Counted from the first letter of the stretch, positions 40,532-51,792 are shown. The stretch: DNA of 64,000 nt from an uncultured Methanoregulaceae archaeon (GCA_963701095.1 OY969564.1:480001-544000); one strand, 5' to 3'. Numbers and translations: made by a program. The notes: a model not told the origin generated them from the letters alone.

Positions 40532-41086
40532 TTATGCGTCCATTTCGATGTTCGATCTGCTTCCACTGGATACTGCAACCTTTGCGTACCGGATTACTTT
40601 GTTATGCATCCGGTAACCAGGGGATACTACATCAACTACCGTGCCTTCATTATCGCCAGAAACTATATGTGCAACCGCTTCGTGTTCACTGGGATCAAAT
40701 GATTTTTTTAGTGCATCTATGGGCGTAATACCGTGTCGTGAGAGAATCCCGGCCATAAGCTGGCGGATCTGCTCCACTCCGGTACGAAGATGATTATTGT
40801 CAGCCTTAAGGGCCCTGTCCAGATTGTCCACAATTTCCAGGATGTCAACTGCAAACTTTTCGTTCGCGTGCTGCATCATAGATTCGTTGTCCCGAGTAGT
40901 TCGCTTCCGGTAATTGTCGAAATCCGCAGCAAGCCTGAGATACCGATCGTTTAAATCCTCACACTGTTTTTTCAGATCTGCGAGTTGATCATCAATCTCT
41001 GATTGTGGGTTTTCCGGATTCTTCAGAGTTCCTGTAGTTTCGTCACGCACGGGAGTTATATCGTGGTCATCCATAGTTCGTCCCAT
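40532..41086 (-). CDS. grpE: Nucleotide exchange factor GrpE
   Basis: RLAADFDNYRKR, FDPSEHEAV, GYRMHNKVIRYAKVAV; start uncertain (41074/41086/41098). Confidence 0.95.
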   Translation of the reverse strand: MGRTMDDHDITPVRDETTGTLKNPENPQSEIDDQLADLKKQCEDLNDRYLRLAADFDNYRKRTTRDNESMMQHANEKFAVDILEIVDNLDRALKADNNHLRTGVEQIRQLMAGILSRHGITPIDALKKSFDPSEHEAVAHIVSGDNEGTVVDVVSPGYRMHNKVIRYAKVAVSSGSRSNIEMDA

Positions 41087-41339
41087 TCGATGTTCCAATA
41101 TTTAATGAATTGTGGTTCTATATATTACTTATGTAAAAATTACCGACTGTATCTGCCATAATTAATAGTATTTGTTAGAACGAAACGAATTGGATGGTTA
41201 GTCTCTCAATCCGGCCGGTATTTTGAATGAAAAAAAACAGACGCATGATACAATCGTGAACGGCAAAAAATCTACCCTGCACATGAGGAATTTTCAAATA
41301 GCATACCTTTTTTGACCACGATCTGCATATAAATAAACT

Positions 41340-42825
41340 ATGAAATGGGCGCTTCTTTCAGTGTGGGATAAATCCGGGATCGTAGAGCTGGCGCATACGT
41401 TGTCCGAAAACAAATATAATATTCTCAGTTCTGGAGGAACAGGTAAAACCCTAGGTGAAGCAGGGATTCCTTTTACCGAAGTATCGAACTATACAGGTTT
41501 TCCCGAAATGATGGACGGAAGGGTCAAAACGCTGCATCCTAAGGTTCATGGTGGTCTTCTGGGGCGCCGTCATATAGACGATGCCATCATGGCCAAATAT
41601 GGAATTAACAGGATTGATCTTCTTGTTGTGAACCTATACCCCTTCGAGCGTATGTCCGCAGCATCAATGCCACTTGAAAAGTTAATCGAATATATCGACG
41701 TAGGAGGACCGGGCAATGATCCGTGCGGGAGCAAAAAATTTCAAGGATGTCGCTGTAATCGTAGATCCGGCTGATTATCCATCCGTTATAAAAACGATCT
41801 GTGGGGACGGTTTTTCCCCGGAACAGCGACTGGTGCTTGCAAAAAAAGCATTTGCCCGGACTGCAGCCTATGATGCTGCTATCAGTAATCATCTCTCAAA
41901 CTTGGATGTGACTTTTCCACCCACGCTGTCCCTCCAGTTTACCAATGGACGGATGCTCCGTTACGGTGAGAATCCTCATCAACAGGCAGCCGTATATGGA
42001 ACGGCCGGTATTGCAGCAGCTGAACCCCTTCAGGGCAAACAAATGTCCTATAATAACTATCTGGATGTAAATGCCGGTACAGCACTTTTAGCAGAATTCG
42101 ATGAACCTGCTGCCGTATTAGTCAAGCACAATAATCCCTGTGGCGTCTCCACGGGAACTGATATTCTCGATGCATACTTGACAGCCCGTGAGGTCGATCC
42201 TGAATCTGCCTATGGATCTGTTGTTTCCCTCAATCGCGAAGTCGATAAAAAGTGTGCAGATGCGATTAATTCAACCTTTGTCGAGGTTGTCATCGCGCCA
42301 TCGTTTACGAAAGACGCTTTTGATGTAATGAAAAAGAAAGAGAATATGCGGGTTCTCCTTCTTCCGGAACGTATTAATACAGACGAAGTGCGTGCTATCG
42401 ATGGTGGCATTCTCATACAGCGAACACCACCTTACCAGGAAAACTGGAACGTAATAACGAACCGCGACCCTACTACTGATGAGATGCAGGCACTTCGCAT
42501 TGCATGGAAAGTCTGCAAACACACCAAGAGCAACTCGATTATATTTGCTGACCAAAAACGAACTCTTGGTATTGGTGCAGGGCAGATGAGCAGAGTCGAT
42601 TCAGCACGGATTGCAATTGAAAAAGCTCGTGTCTCTCTTGCAGGGTCTGCCGTAGCTTCAGACGCATTCCTTCCCTTCCCGGACACCCTGGAGATCGCAG
42701 CAAAATCAGGTGCCACCGCACTCGTGCAGCCTGGAGGATCTATCCGTGACAAGGAAGTCATTGATATTGCCAACCAACTGAATATTGCCATGGTATTTAC
42801 CGGAGTCAGATATTTTAGACACTGA
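41340..42825 (+). CDS. purH: Bifunctional AICAR transformylase/IMP cyclohydrolase PurH; 1-nt frameshift at about 41712
   Basis: [37 protein letters not shown] split across two ORFs, [29 protein letters not shown]. Confidence 0.95.
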
Positions 42826-42963
42826 TGAATTTCTGGTATTTTTCGTTTTTAAGGAAAATAATGAGATAAATATTTATTCTGCGAAGTTATTATAACCTAT
42901 ATATATCGTTTGTGGCTTTTTATAGTCATAGATGGTTCTGTAGAAATCTTTGGGGTGAATTAA

Positions 42964-43647
42964 ATGGATTATGGAACTCTGATCGGGAACTCCTTTACCT
43001 ACGTAAAGGAAGGTGTAATTGACAAAGTGAACAAATGGCTGCTCCTGATTATTGCCACACTTATCTTTTGTATCCCCCTGATGGGATACGTCATGAGAAT
43101 TTACCGGGGAACAACTCCAGCTCCTGAAGTGGAGAACTGGGGCAAGCTCATTGTTGATGGTATACTTCTCCTTATTGTCGGCATAATTTATGCAATACCG
43201 GTTATTATCCTCGAATTTCTCACAATAGGTGTGGCTGTTGCAACCATAAAAAACAGCCCTGCCGGTATGATGACCGCTATGGCAGGTGCCGGCATTCTTG
43301 GGATAATTCTGGTCATTGTCGCCATTATTATATGGATTATCTCACCAATCGGCATTATCCGGTTTGCACGAACAGGAAAATTTGGCGATGCGTTTAATTT
43401 TAACGAGATTCTTGCGACAATAAAGAAGATCGGATGGTTGTCCTATATTCTGGCCCTGATCATCGTTGCTATAGTTGTCGGGATACCATCCCTTATTCTC
43501 TGGGCCATCTGTGCAGCGCTCATAATTGCATTACCTCTAGTGGGATTAGTCGTAGCATGTATCATTTTCCTTATTGTTGTACCAATCCTTGCCATTTTTG
43601 AGGCCCGGTACTTGACCCAAGTTTACGAAAGTGCCGGGATCATATAA
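42964..43647 (+). CDS. DUF4013 family membrane protein
   Basis: PLMGY..RIYRG....PE.ENWGKL..DG, RFA.TG..GDAFNF; four TM segments. Confidence 0.85.
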   Translation: MDYGTLIGNSFTYVKEGVIDKVNKWLLLIIATLIFCIPLMGYVMRIYRGTTPAPEVENWGKLIVDGILLLIVGIIYAIPVIILEFLTIGVAVATIKNSPAGMMTAMAGAGILGIILVIVAIIIWIISPIGIIRFARTGKFGDAFNFNEILATIKKIGWLSYILALIIVAIVVGIPSLILWAICAALIIALPLVGLVVACIIFLIVVPILAIFEARYLTQVYESAGII

Positions 43648-43661
43648 TTTTTTTTATTTTT
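43648..43661 (+). terminator. Oligo(T) terminator candidate
   Basis: T8-A-T5 directly after the stop codon. Confidence 0.4.
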
Positions 43662-43783
43662 AGTTAAATCGGGTTTCTTTTTCGAATTGGTTGTATCTTA
43701 ATATCTTTACAGTCCAGATATTTTTTTCATTATTGAAAGTCTGTCAAAAATAGGGAGAAAATTTACTTCTTATCTCATAAAGT

Positions 43784-45433
43784 TTATTTCTGCACTGCGC
43801 CGAGGTTGGCCTGTTCCACAGTCTTTGCGTACCGGGCAAGAACACCAGTCAGTGATCGTTTAATGGGTTTCCATGAATTTTTACGGGATTCAAGTGTCGT
43901 TGAATCTACCAATAGATCGATTGTCTTGGTAAAGAGATCAATGCTAATCTGATCACCGTCATGTACAAAGGCAATTGGGCCTCCAACCGCGGCCTCCGGG
44001 GCAACATGCCCGATACACGGACCCCGGATGCCCCGGAAAAGCGGCCATCAGTAATAAGGACAACTTTGGTGTATCCCACACCCATCAACGCTGATGTTGC
44101 TGAGAGCATCTCTGGCATACCGGGAGCACCCCGCGGCCCCTCATTTCTTATGATCACGACATCTCCTTCGCATATCTGCCGGGAAAGAATAGCTGTCATT
44201 GCTGTTCCCTCTCCATCAAAAACCCGGGCGGGACCTGTATGGGTCCATATGTCTTTTGGTACGGCAGCGGACTTGACAACGGCTCCATCAGGTGCAAGAG
44301 ATCCAAAAAGGATACGAAGCCCTCCGGCGGGGCTTACTGGCGACTGCAGAGTCCGGATAACATCCTCATCGTAAATAACGGCTTTCTGTGCGATCTGATG
44401 AGTGGTTGCCCCGGACACAGTAGGACAATTGTCAATATGTTTTTCGAGTCTCTTAAGAACTGCCGGTATCCCCCGCCCGGAACAAGGCCTGCATTGAATG
44501 AGGTCCTGCGGGAAGCATATAACAGATATGGGGAATCTCATCGGCGATACGATTGAAATCTTCCAGCGACAATGGCACATCAGCTTCTGTTGCAATTGCC
44601 ATGAGATGGAGAACAGTGTTGGTTGAGCCGCCAAGTGCCATATCCATGCGGATAGCATTTTCAAGGCTTTTTTTCGTTACAATATCACGTGGCTTGATGT
44701 TCTTTTGTACCAGAGGAATAATTGCCTCTCCACTTTCCCGGGCTATTCGCAGTTTCGCTGCATCCACCGCAGGTATGGCAGCACAACCCGCAAGAGACAT
44801 GCCCATAGTTTCGGTCATGCAGGCCATAGTGTTAGCGGTATAAAGGCCCTGACAGCTGCCGCATCCCGGCATGGCGCAACACTCAAGCTCTTTTAAAGCC
44901 GCCTCGTTCATGGTTCCTGCTGCTACTTTCCCAACTCCCTCAAACACATCTATAAGGGAAAGATCTTTTCCTGCCATATGTCCAGGAAGCATCGCCCCTC
45001 CGGTTACTACAATTGTGGGAATATTTATCCGGACTGCTGCCATGAGCATACCAGGAACGATCTTATCACAGGTTCCAACACATACAAGACCATCGAAACG
45101 GTGAGCTTGTGCCATAAGTTCGATGGAATCGGCAATATTTTCCCGTGAAGGAAGAGAATATTTCATACCTTCGTGTCCCATGGCGATACCATCACAGATG
45201 CCTATTACACCAAACTCAAACGGAACACCCCCGGCCGCAGCTATTCCTTCGCTGACCTTGTCCGCAAGCTGACGAAGATGAATATGGCCTGGCACTATAG
45301 TATTATAAGCATTGGCAATTCCGATAAACGGGCATTCCATCTCACGATCGGTGACACCAAGCGATCGCAGAAGCGAACGGTTTGGGGCCCGTTCGTACCC
45401 TTTCCTTACCTTGTCGCTTCGCATATCCGTCAT
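43784..45433 (-). CDS. ilvD: Dihydroxy-acid dehydratase IlvD; two frameshifts (about 44475 and 44026)
   Basis: [51 protein letters not shown]; third frame gives [19 protein letters not shown]...GAVQK*. Confidence 0.95.
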
Positions 45434-45617
45434 TACCTGATGATTAAGCCGCTTAAATCATGAATCTGTTGTCGCATTATCACCGCATTTAATAATGTTT
45501 CGTGTTTCCCGACGAGGGATAAAAAAACTAACAGCCAATGGCTGTCCCAGCTCACAAAAAATGTCAGGAACTACTTTTTCAATTCTAAAAAGTGATAAAA
45601 CCTTACCAAACGAAAAA

Positions 45618-46910
45618 TTACCGTTTCTTCCGCATCTGAATTCCGGCATAGATAATACCGATAATAACAGCAACAAGAATGGAGATATAGATTGGACTCG
45701 ATACAATCGCATTAACCCCGGTAAGGTTCGCAACATCAATAGTGACTTTCATGGGATCTGAAACATAGGTATCATCGATAGCATCGTTGTAACGGATCTC
45801 CGAATCAAGCCCGTATTCCTTAATCGTCGCATCACTTGCGACACTTATCTGGTATGAAGCCACCGCAGTCTGCCCGGGTGCCAGATCCCCTAAATAGGCA
45901 ATATCTGAAGAACTAGTGAACGGGTCAACTACACTGATACGTGCCTCAGCACTTTTGATTGTTGAATCCCCGGTATTCTGATATTCTATCTGAATTGTAT
46001 TCCGGCTCCCTGGGCTCATCTGAATAGGAGGGGACAGAATTGCAAAGTCTACTTTATTACCTACATCAAGGCCGACCGTCTGAGGTTGAGATGTAATAAA
46101 ATCGCCCTCATCGTTCTGGTAGACTACGACCACATCTAAGGGATAGGTCTTGTTGATAGCATCATCTGCCACCGAGACTTTGTACTGACAGAATACCGTT
46201 CCACCGGCAGGGAAGTCCCCGACATACACACTACTGTCCACGGGACTTATCGGACTCGAGTTATCCTGAATAATTTGTACCGTCGCTTTGGAACCGTCAA
46301 GGGATCCGACATTTTTAATGGTCAGGTTTACGTATCCTTGCGCACCCGCAACCAATTGATTTGATGTCGCTGATATTACTTCCGGGATCACCTCTGACTT
46401 GATGGTCAGCGGAACATATATTGTGATGTTGTAGGGCAGGTAGTAATACTGCAGGGTGTCAAGGCCATACTGATCAACATGGGAAAACTGTGTGTAACTG
46501 ATATTGAGTGGAATTTGATATGTACCACCAGCAGCATCCGCATTTACTTTTGCAGAAAACGTTGCCGTTGCCTGATCCTGACTGCCAATATCACCAATCA
46601 TCTGAGGATCGGTTTTTATAACCAGAGGAGCGTCGCCTGGCTCCATTGCAACGGAGACAAATTTCGCTGTGGTCGGTACATCTGAAAGATTGAGAATGTT
46701 AGGAGCAACCTCATAATTCGTGCTTATACCGGTATTTTCTATAACAACGGGTATCTGTATGTCACTGCCAGCCGTGTATTGGTCGATACCTGCTATATAC
46801 GCCGTCAGGTTGGGGCTGCCATCGAAGTATTTTGTACCGGCCATAACCGGTGCAACCAAGCATGTGCAGAGTATTATAAGGATAATTAAAGGTGCCTTTA
46901 TCGATGCCAT
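45618..46910 (-). CDS. S-layer-domain (COG1361-like) surface protein
   Basis: Signal peptide, repeated Ig-like (K/E)NxG modules, YLGDLAPG, YGLDSEIRY, C-terminal TM followed by RKKR. Confidence 0.75.
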   Translation of the reverse strand: MASIKAPLIILIILCTCLVAPVMAGTKYFDGSPNLTAYIAGIDQYTAGSDIQIPVVIENTGISTNYEVAPNILNLSDVPTTAKFVSVAMEPGDAPLVIKTDPQMIGDIGSQDQATATFSAKVNADAAGGTYQIPLNISYTQFSHVDQYGLDTLQYYYLPYNITIYVPLTIKSEVIPEVISATSNQLVAGAQGYVNLTIKNVGSLDGSKATVQIIQDNSSPISPVDSSVYVGDFPAGGTVFCQYKVSVADDAINKTYPLDVVVVYQNDEGDFITSQPQTVGLDVGNKVDFAILSPPIQMSPGSRNTIQIEYQNTGDSTIKSAEARISVVDPFTSSSDIAYLGDLAPGQTAVASYQISVASDATIKEYGLDSEIRYNDAIDDTYVSDPMKVTIDVANLTGVNAIVSSPIYISILVAVIIGIIYAGIQMRKKR

Positions 46911-47204
46911 CGGAGAGTCTCCAGTTCATTAACAAAAATATAACTCATTATTGTGTGTTGTTTGGTTATGTATTTTCTTTGGGCCTCAGATGAAACCATT
47001 GGAATGATTTTCCGAAAAACCATAATAATCCGTTTAGATAGCCCCCTTTTGAAGAGAAGAGAAAAAATTCCTTTATTTCAAAGTAGATTTGAAAACGGTT
47101 TGCACTGTTTTGACCTTTTCAATGGAATTATCAAATCCCCCCCAAAAGGATCGCGAACTTCATCATGCATACATACATAATAATAAAAAGCGTACTTATC
47201 AATA

Positions 47205-48011
47205 ATGACAAAACGATTGTGTTATGCGGCATTTGCGACCGTCATCATTCTTACGCTTCTTGTGACCGGTTGCGTAACTCCTCCAAAATCTACAACATCA
47301 ACTTCGGCTCCCGGGGGTTATTATACTACAGCAACTACCCCCCAAGGAGCTCCGACAACTCAGTCTTATGTATCGGCGGCAACTCCTTTCGTGACCAGCA
47401 CACCGGTAGACCAAACTAATGGACAACCTTCTGCTATCTTTACGACTCCTACACCTATACCAGCCGATCAGTCCTGTCTTATCTATCTCAACACAACGTA
47501 TAGTTCTGGTATCAACACGAATGCAATCTCATTTAACCTGAAAAATCCCCCGATGTATATCAACTATACGGTTACACCGTTTAATATTACAGTCACAAAA
47601 TATATGGCTGAGAGCCATCAGGGGGCAAATGGTCCTGAAACTCTCCAATACTCGGATTTTGCCCCCTATTCATGGTTTGAAATCACTGTCCGGGACAATG
47701 CAACGGGTGAGATCTATCTTGACGACGGGTTTGGACCCTACAAGAATCCCAATCCTTTAAGTGTCTATAAAACAGCGACCTTAGGCCCTATTCTCAATTC
47801 TGGGGATCTTCATATTGAGATGACCGGGCAAAACATCACGGAAACAACAGGAATCTGGGTCAAACCCGTAGGTAATATTGATGACCCGCAAAATCAGACA
47901 TTCCAGGAATGTAAATATTGGAATGGCCAGCAACAGAATTATCTGGTAACAGCAACCCCCACGACACTTCCGACATGGACCCCAGTGAATGTGCAGACAC
48001 CCAATGATTAA
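47205..48011 (+). CDS. Hypothetical lipoprotein with Thr/Pro-rich linker
   Basis: Lipobox LVTGC after a hydrophobic stretch; NPPMYINYTV and WFEITVRD...DGFG domain. Confidence 0.7.
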   Translation: MTKRLCYAAFATVIILTLLVTGCVTPPKSTTSTSAPGGYYTTATTPQGAPTTQSYVSAATPFVTSTPVDQTNGQPSAIFTTPTPIPADQSCLIYLNTTYSSGINTNAISFNLKNPPMYINYTVTPFNITVTKYMAESHQGANGPETLQYSDFAPYSWFEITVRDNATGEIYLDDGFGPYKNPNPLSVYKTATLGPILNSGDLHIEMTGQNITETTGIWVKPVGNIDDPQNQTFQECKYWNGQQQNYLVTATPTTLPTWTPVNVQTPND

Positions 48012-48123
48012 AATATAAATTTTTAAATTTTTTTTACCCGAATTAAATCTATTTCTCTCATAAAACGGTGAAATATTTAAGCGATGAAAACGATGTAAGT
48101 AAGGAAGTCAGCCAAAAACATAG

Positions 48124-48195
48124 GTCCCGGTGGGGTAGTGGACATCCTAGAAGATTGCGGATCTTTTGACCCGGGTTCAAGTCCCGGCCGGGGCG
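48124..48195 (+). tRNA. tRNA-Arg(GCG), intronless, CCA not encoded
   Basis: Acceptor GTCCCGG/CCGGGGC, anticodon stem GAAGA/TCTTT around loop TT-GCG-GA, T arm CCGGG-TTCAAGT-CCCGG, discriminator G. Confidence 0.93.
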
Positions 48196-48526
48196 TACTA
48201 TTTTGAGGTTTGAGGCCCGAAAGGGTCTGCTAACTGTTTGAATATGCATGAAAACACACTCAGCATAAGCCAGATGGAAAAACGTGCACCGACAATCAGG
48301 ATCGTCTTTTTCATATTCTGATATCTAGCGCCACCGATGATCTAATCAAGAATTCCTTTAAGAGGCAGTTGAGTTCTGAATAGAGAGCAAGGTTAATTCT
48401 TGAATTTGCAAACGAGCTTCAGGCCTCGAATGTAATCGGTAAAAATCGTTTTTCAAGATAGTTTCTGTTTCTAGTTAACCGGCGATATCTGCTCGACAAA
48501 TAAAACAAAAGCAAAATTGAAGATGT

Positions 48527-49429
48527 TTATCGGGACCCTTTTTTCATGCTCCCAAAGAACAGAAGAACTATAGCAAATCCGATTATTGTTATTAAAGACG
48601 TAAATCCTGAAATTGATGGCGGATCACTTTCTGCATAAATGGAGGTATTGAAGAGACTGGTGCCGCCAAAATGCCATTCCGCCTTATTGGCATTTACGGT
48701 TGTCGCCGTGGTATTGACAATTTTTCCCGGCATTTCGAGGTAATAATCCACCGTGATTCCGGAAAGCATCGATTGCATCATTTCCTGTTCTTCTGCCGCA
48801 TTGAACAACGGAGCGATTGGCGTTGGAGTTATTTCAACTTGTTCGTAATGGTTGCGTGTCGTATCCCACACCCACTTCGTCGGTAACGGGGTAGGGGTTA
48901 CCATAATCTCTTCATAACTCCGGGACGATGCATTCCACACAATCACCGATGTAGGAGCAGGCGTTGGTACCGGCATCACTAAAGTAGGTGCGGATCCAAT
49001 CGTTGCATATGCCTGCATTGCCTCTGGGGAATAGAAGGAGTTATCCTGGTAAACAATCATATCGCCATCTTTATGGATGCTTATTTTGGAATCTGGGGGA
49101 GGGGAATAGGTATCTGTTCTTGAGATCGAGATTGTAACCTTGTTGTTTGGGGTATCCCATATTTCGTTGTAGGCTACATTCTCTGAGCCAAGAGATTTTG
49201 AGAGGTTTGCTTCGATTGCATCTTTTACCGAATCGTATCCTTCGTGTTTTGCACCCAATTCAAGGAGATTATATGTTGAACAATCCATGGTCATATCATA
49301 TTCGGCATTGGAAATCTGTGCGTCCTTGTTAATGGCGAATTTATCAGTGATTGCGAGGTTCAGACACCCGGCCGTAAGGACAAAAAAGATGATGCTGCAT
49401 GTTATAATAATAATTCCTATTCTTTTCAT
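48527..49429 (-). CDS. Lipoprotein-like surface protein with PGF-CTERM-like (SGF) C-terminus
   Basis: Lipobox LTAGC; YYLEMPGKIVNTTA (LppM-like); ISGF + TM + KK tail. Confidence 0.65.
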   Translation of the reverse strand: MKRIGIIIITCSIIFFVLTAGCLNLAITDKFAINKDAQISNAEYDMTMDCSTYNLLELGAKHEGYDSVKDAIEANLSKSLGSENVAYNEIWDTPNNKVTISISRTDTYSPPPDSKISIHKDGDMIVYQDNSFYSPEAMQAYATIGSAPTLVMPVPTPAPTSVIVWNASSRSYEEIMVTPTPLPTKWVWDTTRNHYEQVEITPTPIAPLFNAAEEQEMMQSMLSGITVDYYLEMPGKIVNTTATTVNANKAEWHFGGTSLFNTSIYAESDPPSISGFTSLITIIGFAIVLLFFGSMKKGSR

Positions 49430-49575
49430 AAAAAAAAGAATTTATTTGATTCAAAATAAATCTTACTAAATGAAATTTAGTGAGATGGTTCTGTTAACTT
49501 ATTATGGGATGGTTAACTTTCTCTAATCTGAAAAATATACGATATCTTAATGTATTAGTTGAGTTTGCAATGGGA

Positions 49576-50448
49576 TTATCGTTTGTATCCAAGAATGAAC
49601 TCATGAGCTACCTGAAAATCATGCAGGCGCATATCGATAAAAATCCGGCCTTTCTCAGTCGGGACATATACTTTCGACCGTCCACGGGTTTCCATGGTAA
49701 CAAGACCAATACTTTCGAGATTGTAAAGATAGGAATAAACCCGCGCAAGAGGAATATCCACGTGGAATCGGTCCGATATATCTTTGAGAATATCAAAGCC
49801 TGAGACCGGCTGTTTCAGGTTCATGAGAATCAGCTGTTCGAGTGAGTGTTTGACAACGGTATCGACAATATCCTGCGAAATGATCCCGGCAACACTTGAT
49901 TTCCGGGAAACGGCGGGAAATGCAATCACATTCGTGGTATTCGAGATAAAAATAAATGATGGAATGATCGCGGATATTACCTGTACATATTCATCACTCA
50001 GGAAATGCAAGTCAAATGCAAGGATACCCGAAATTGACACCGGTGAGTCTCTGATGTTCTTTATTTCTCGAAGAAGTGCAAGAACAGGTTCGAGATCACA
50101 GCGGCGGGAAAAATCAAATACAACAAGGATTTTTCGTTGATTTCCGGTTTCCTTTTGGCGGAGCTCGTTAAGGAGAGTCGTAAGACCATCTATACCATTA
50201 CGAAGTTCGTACGCAATGATTTTTTTCTCAAGAATCTCTTTTTTAAAAGTCGAGGTGAGAGTGGTTGAATAATACGCATATACAACTATCTGATTCTTTT
50301 CTTCAAGTCCGTGGGAAATGAAATGATGGAAAAAAGGAAATCGTTTGACACCATGATCATAGGCAAGAAAGGAAATATCACGCAGTGAACCCGCAAGAAA
50401 AACCGTTTTTGGTGATGAGAGGCGGGGTTTGGCCGATGAAAGATTCAT
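49576..50448 (-). CDS. PadR-family wHTH regulator with an N-terminal sensory (MEDS/KaiC-like) domain
   Basis: C-terminal SGFDILKDI...VYSYLYNLESIGLV....GRSKVYVPTEKGR; N-terminal FISHGLEE...VVY. Confidence 0.7.
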   Translation of the reverse strand: MNLSSAKPRLSSPKTVFLAGSLRDISFLAYDHGVKRFPFFHHFISHGLEEKNQIVVYAYYSTTLTSTFKKEILEKKIIAYELRNGIDGLTTLLNELRQKETGNQRKILVVFDFSRRCDLEPVLALLREIKNIRDSPVSISGILAFDLHFLSDEYVQVISAIIPSFIFISNTTNVIAFPAVSRKSSVAGIISQDIVDTVVKHSLEQLILMNLKQPVSGFDILKDISDRFHVDIPLARVYSYLYNLESIGLVTMETRGRSKVYVPTEKGRIFIDMRLHDFQVAHEFILGYKR

Positions 50449-50859
50449 TATGGTTTCCTGCTGTCATTTAATAAGAGTTCTAGATATATCTTCCGGCGTT
50501 TATTGTTTCCGATAATCTCTCCGTTTCAAGGGCTAATCCTTACCGGTGCATTTTGCTATTTCTTTTAACGCCATCTGTCAAGTAATTGGTTTGCAATATG
50601 TCCTAATAAAAATACGTGCATACTTCTGGAAGGATTACAATAATAATCGGTTGCCATTATTCCAGAATATATAATCTATTTCTTATGCTTTAGTCGTTGC
50701 TAACCTATTACAATAAATATAATCGATTTCATATTTCAGGATAAAGCACTATAGCAGGATCCCAAAATTTCATATGTCCATGCAAGAGAACCACGGAAAT
50801 AAACGGGGAACAAGATATCATTCCGTGAAGGTATACTATTAAACGAATAATCAGATCTT

Positions 50860-51609
50860 ATGGCTAAACTCCGAATTCTTGTGGTAGAAGACGATGCAAT
50901 CATAGCGATGGAGATTTCAGAACGGTTGAAGCGCATGGATTATGATGTTACTGGCATAGTTTCCACCGGCGAGGAAGCGATTAGCCTTGCAATAGAAAAA
51001 CCTCCGGATCTCATCCTCATGGATATTCATTTGCGAGGAGAAATGGATGGGACGGAAGCGGCTCGTCAGATTACATCGCACGTAGAAGTTCCCGTGATCT
51101 ATCTGACTGCCTATTCTGACCAAGAGACACGGGAACGGGCACACCAGATTTTCTCTTATGGTTATATCATCAAACCGTTCAATGATCAGCAATTACTCTG
51201 CGCAATAGATATGGCATTTTCCAACCATGCTCTTCACCGGAAAGTAAAAGAAAGTGAAGAGAAGTTCCACACTTTGTTTGAGCATATAAGCGATGCTTGT
51301 TTCCTGTACGAGATTTCATCGGATGGCAGCCCCGGCCGTATTGTAGAGGTGAATGATGCTGCCATCTCGCTCCTTGACCTTGAACGCATTGAACTGGAAG
51401 GGACAGAATATGCACAGCTAAACGACGTCTGCTGCAAGCGAGATTTCCCGGATTATATGAAACGACTTGTGAGAGACGGGGATGTCAGGTATGAGATGAT
51501 CCTTGTAGGAAAAACTGGCCGGCGGCCGTATGTAGAGATCAATGCCCATTTCTTTAATTTTCATAATCGTGGCTTGGTAATTTCCCTTGCACGGGAAATA
51601 AAATCCTAG
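50860..51609 (+). CDS. Response regulator, REC-PAS
   Basis: ILVVEDD, DLILMDI, YLTAYSD, IIKPF; PAS ending AREI. Confidence 0.9.
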   Translation: MAKLRILVVEDDAIIAMEISERLKRMDYDVTGIVSTGEEAISLAIEKPPDLILMDIHLRGEMDGTEAARQITSHVEVPVIYLTAYSDQETRERAHQIFSYGYIIKPFNDQQLLCAIDMAFSNHALHRKVKESEEKFHTLFEHISDACFLYEISSDGSPGRIVEVNDAAISLLDLERIELEGTEYAQLNDVCCKRDFPDYMKRLVRDGDVRYEMILVGKTGRRPYVEINAHFFNFHNRGLVISLAREIKS

Positions 51610-51652
51610 AATCAGAGATCTTTTTTTAAACAAAATGAAGAAACACTCCAGA

Positions 51653-51682
51653 TTATCCGGAACGTTTTCTCATTCCGGATAA
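51653..51682. repeat. Perfect 10-bp inverted repeat
   Basis: TTATCCGGAA-N10-TTCCGGATAA in the intergenic spacer. Confidence 0.6.
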
Positions 51683-51792
51683 CTAAAAATAAGGCCCTCT
51701 CCGTCGTGTCCTGGTGTAGGTAGTTTCATTATTTGAAACATTGGGTCTGTTTATATATTTCCTACCGGTTTATTGTTAATTGTGTTACAACA

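Noticed and set aside
37555..40702. Long plus-strand ORFs (e.g. 37555..38346, 263 aa)
   Set aside because: Antisense shadows of dnaJ/dnaK with no recognisable motifs
37495..41086. Bacterial-type dnaK/dnaJ/grpE (and mutS/mutL) as contamination or recent transfer
   Set aside because: These genes are established in Methanomicrobia and are contiguous with archaeal markers aglB and trmG10
41099..41339. Heat-shock operator upstream of grpE-dnaK-dnaJ
   Set aside because: No CIRCE or other convincing palindrome recognised
41700..41720. Programmed ribosomal frameshifting in purH and the other split genes
   Set aside because: No slippery heptamer or stimulatory structure seen; shift directions differ among genes; breaks fall inside conserved motifs
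48058..48249. 63-aa minus-strand ORF
   Set aside because: Antisense to tRNA-Arg; spurious
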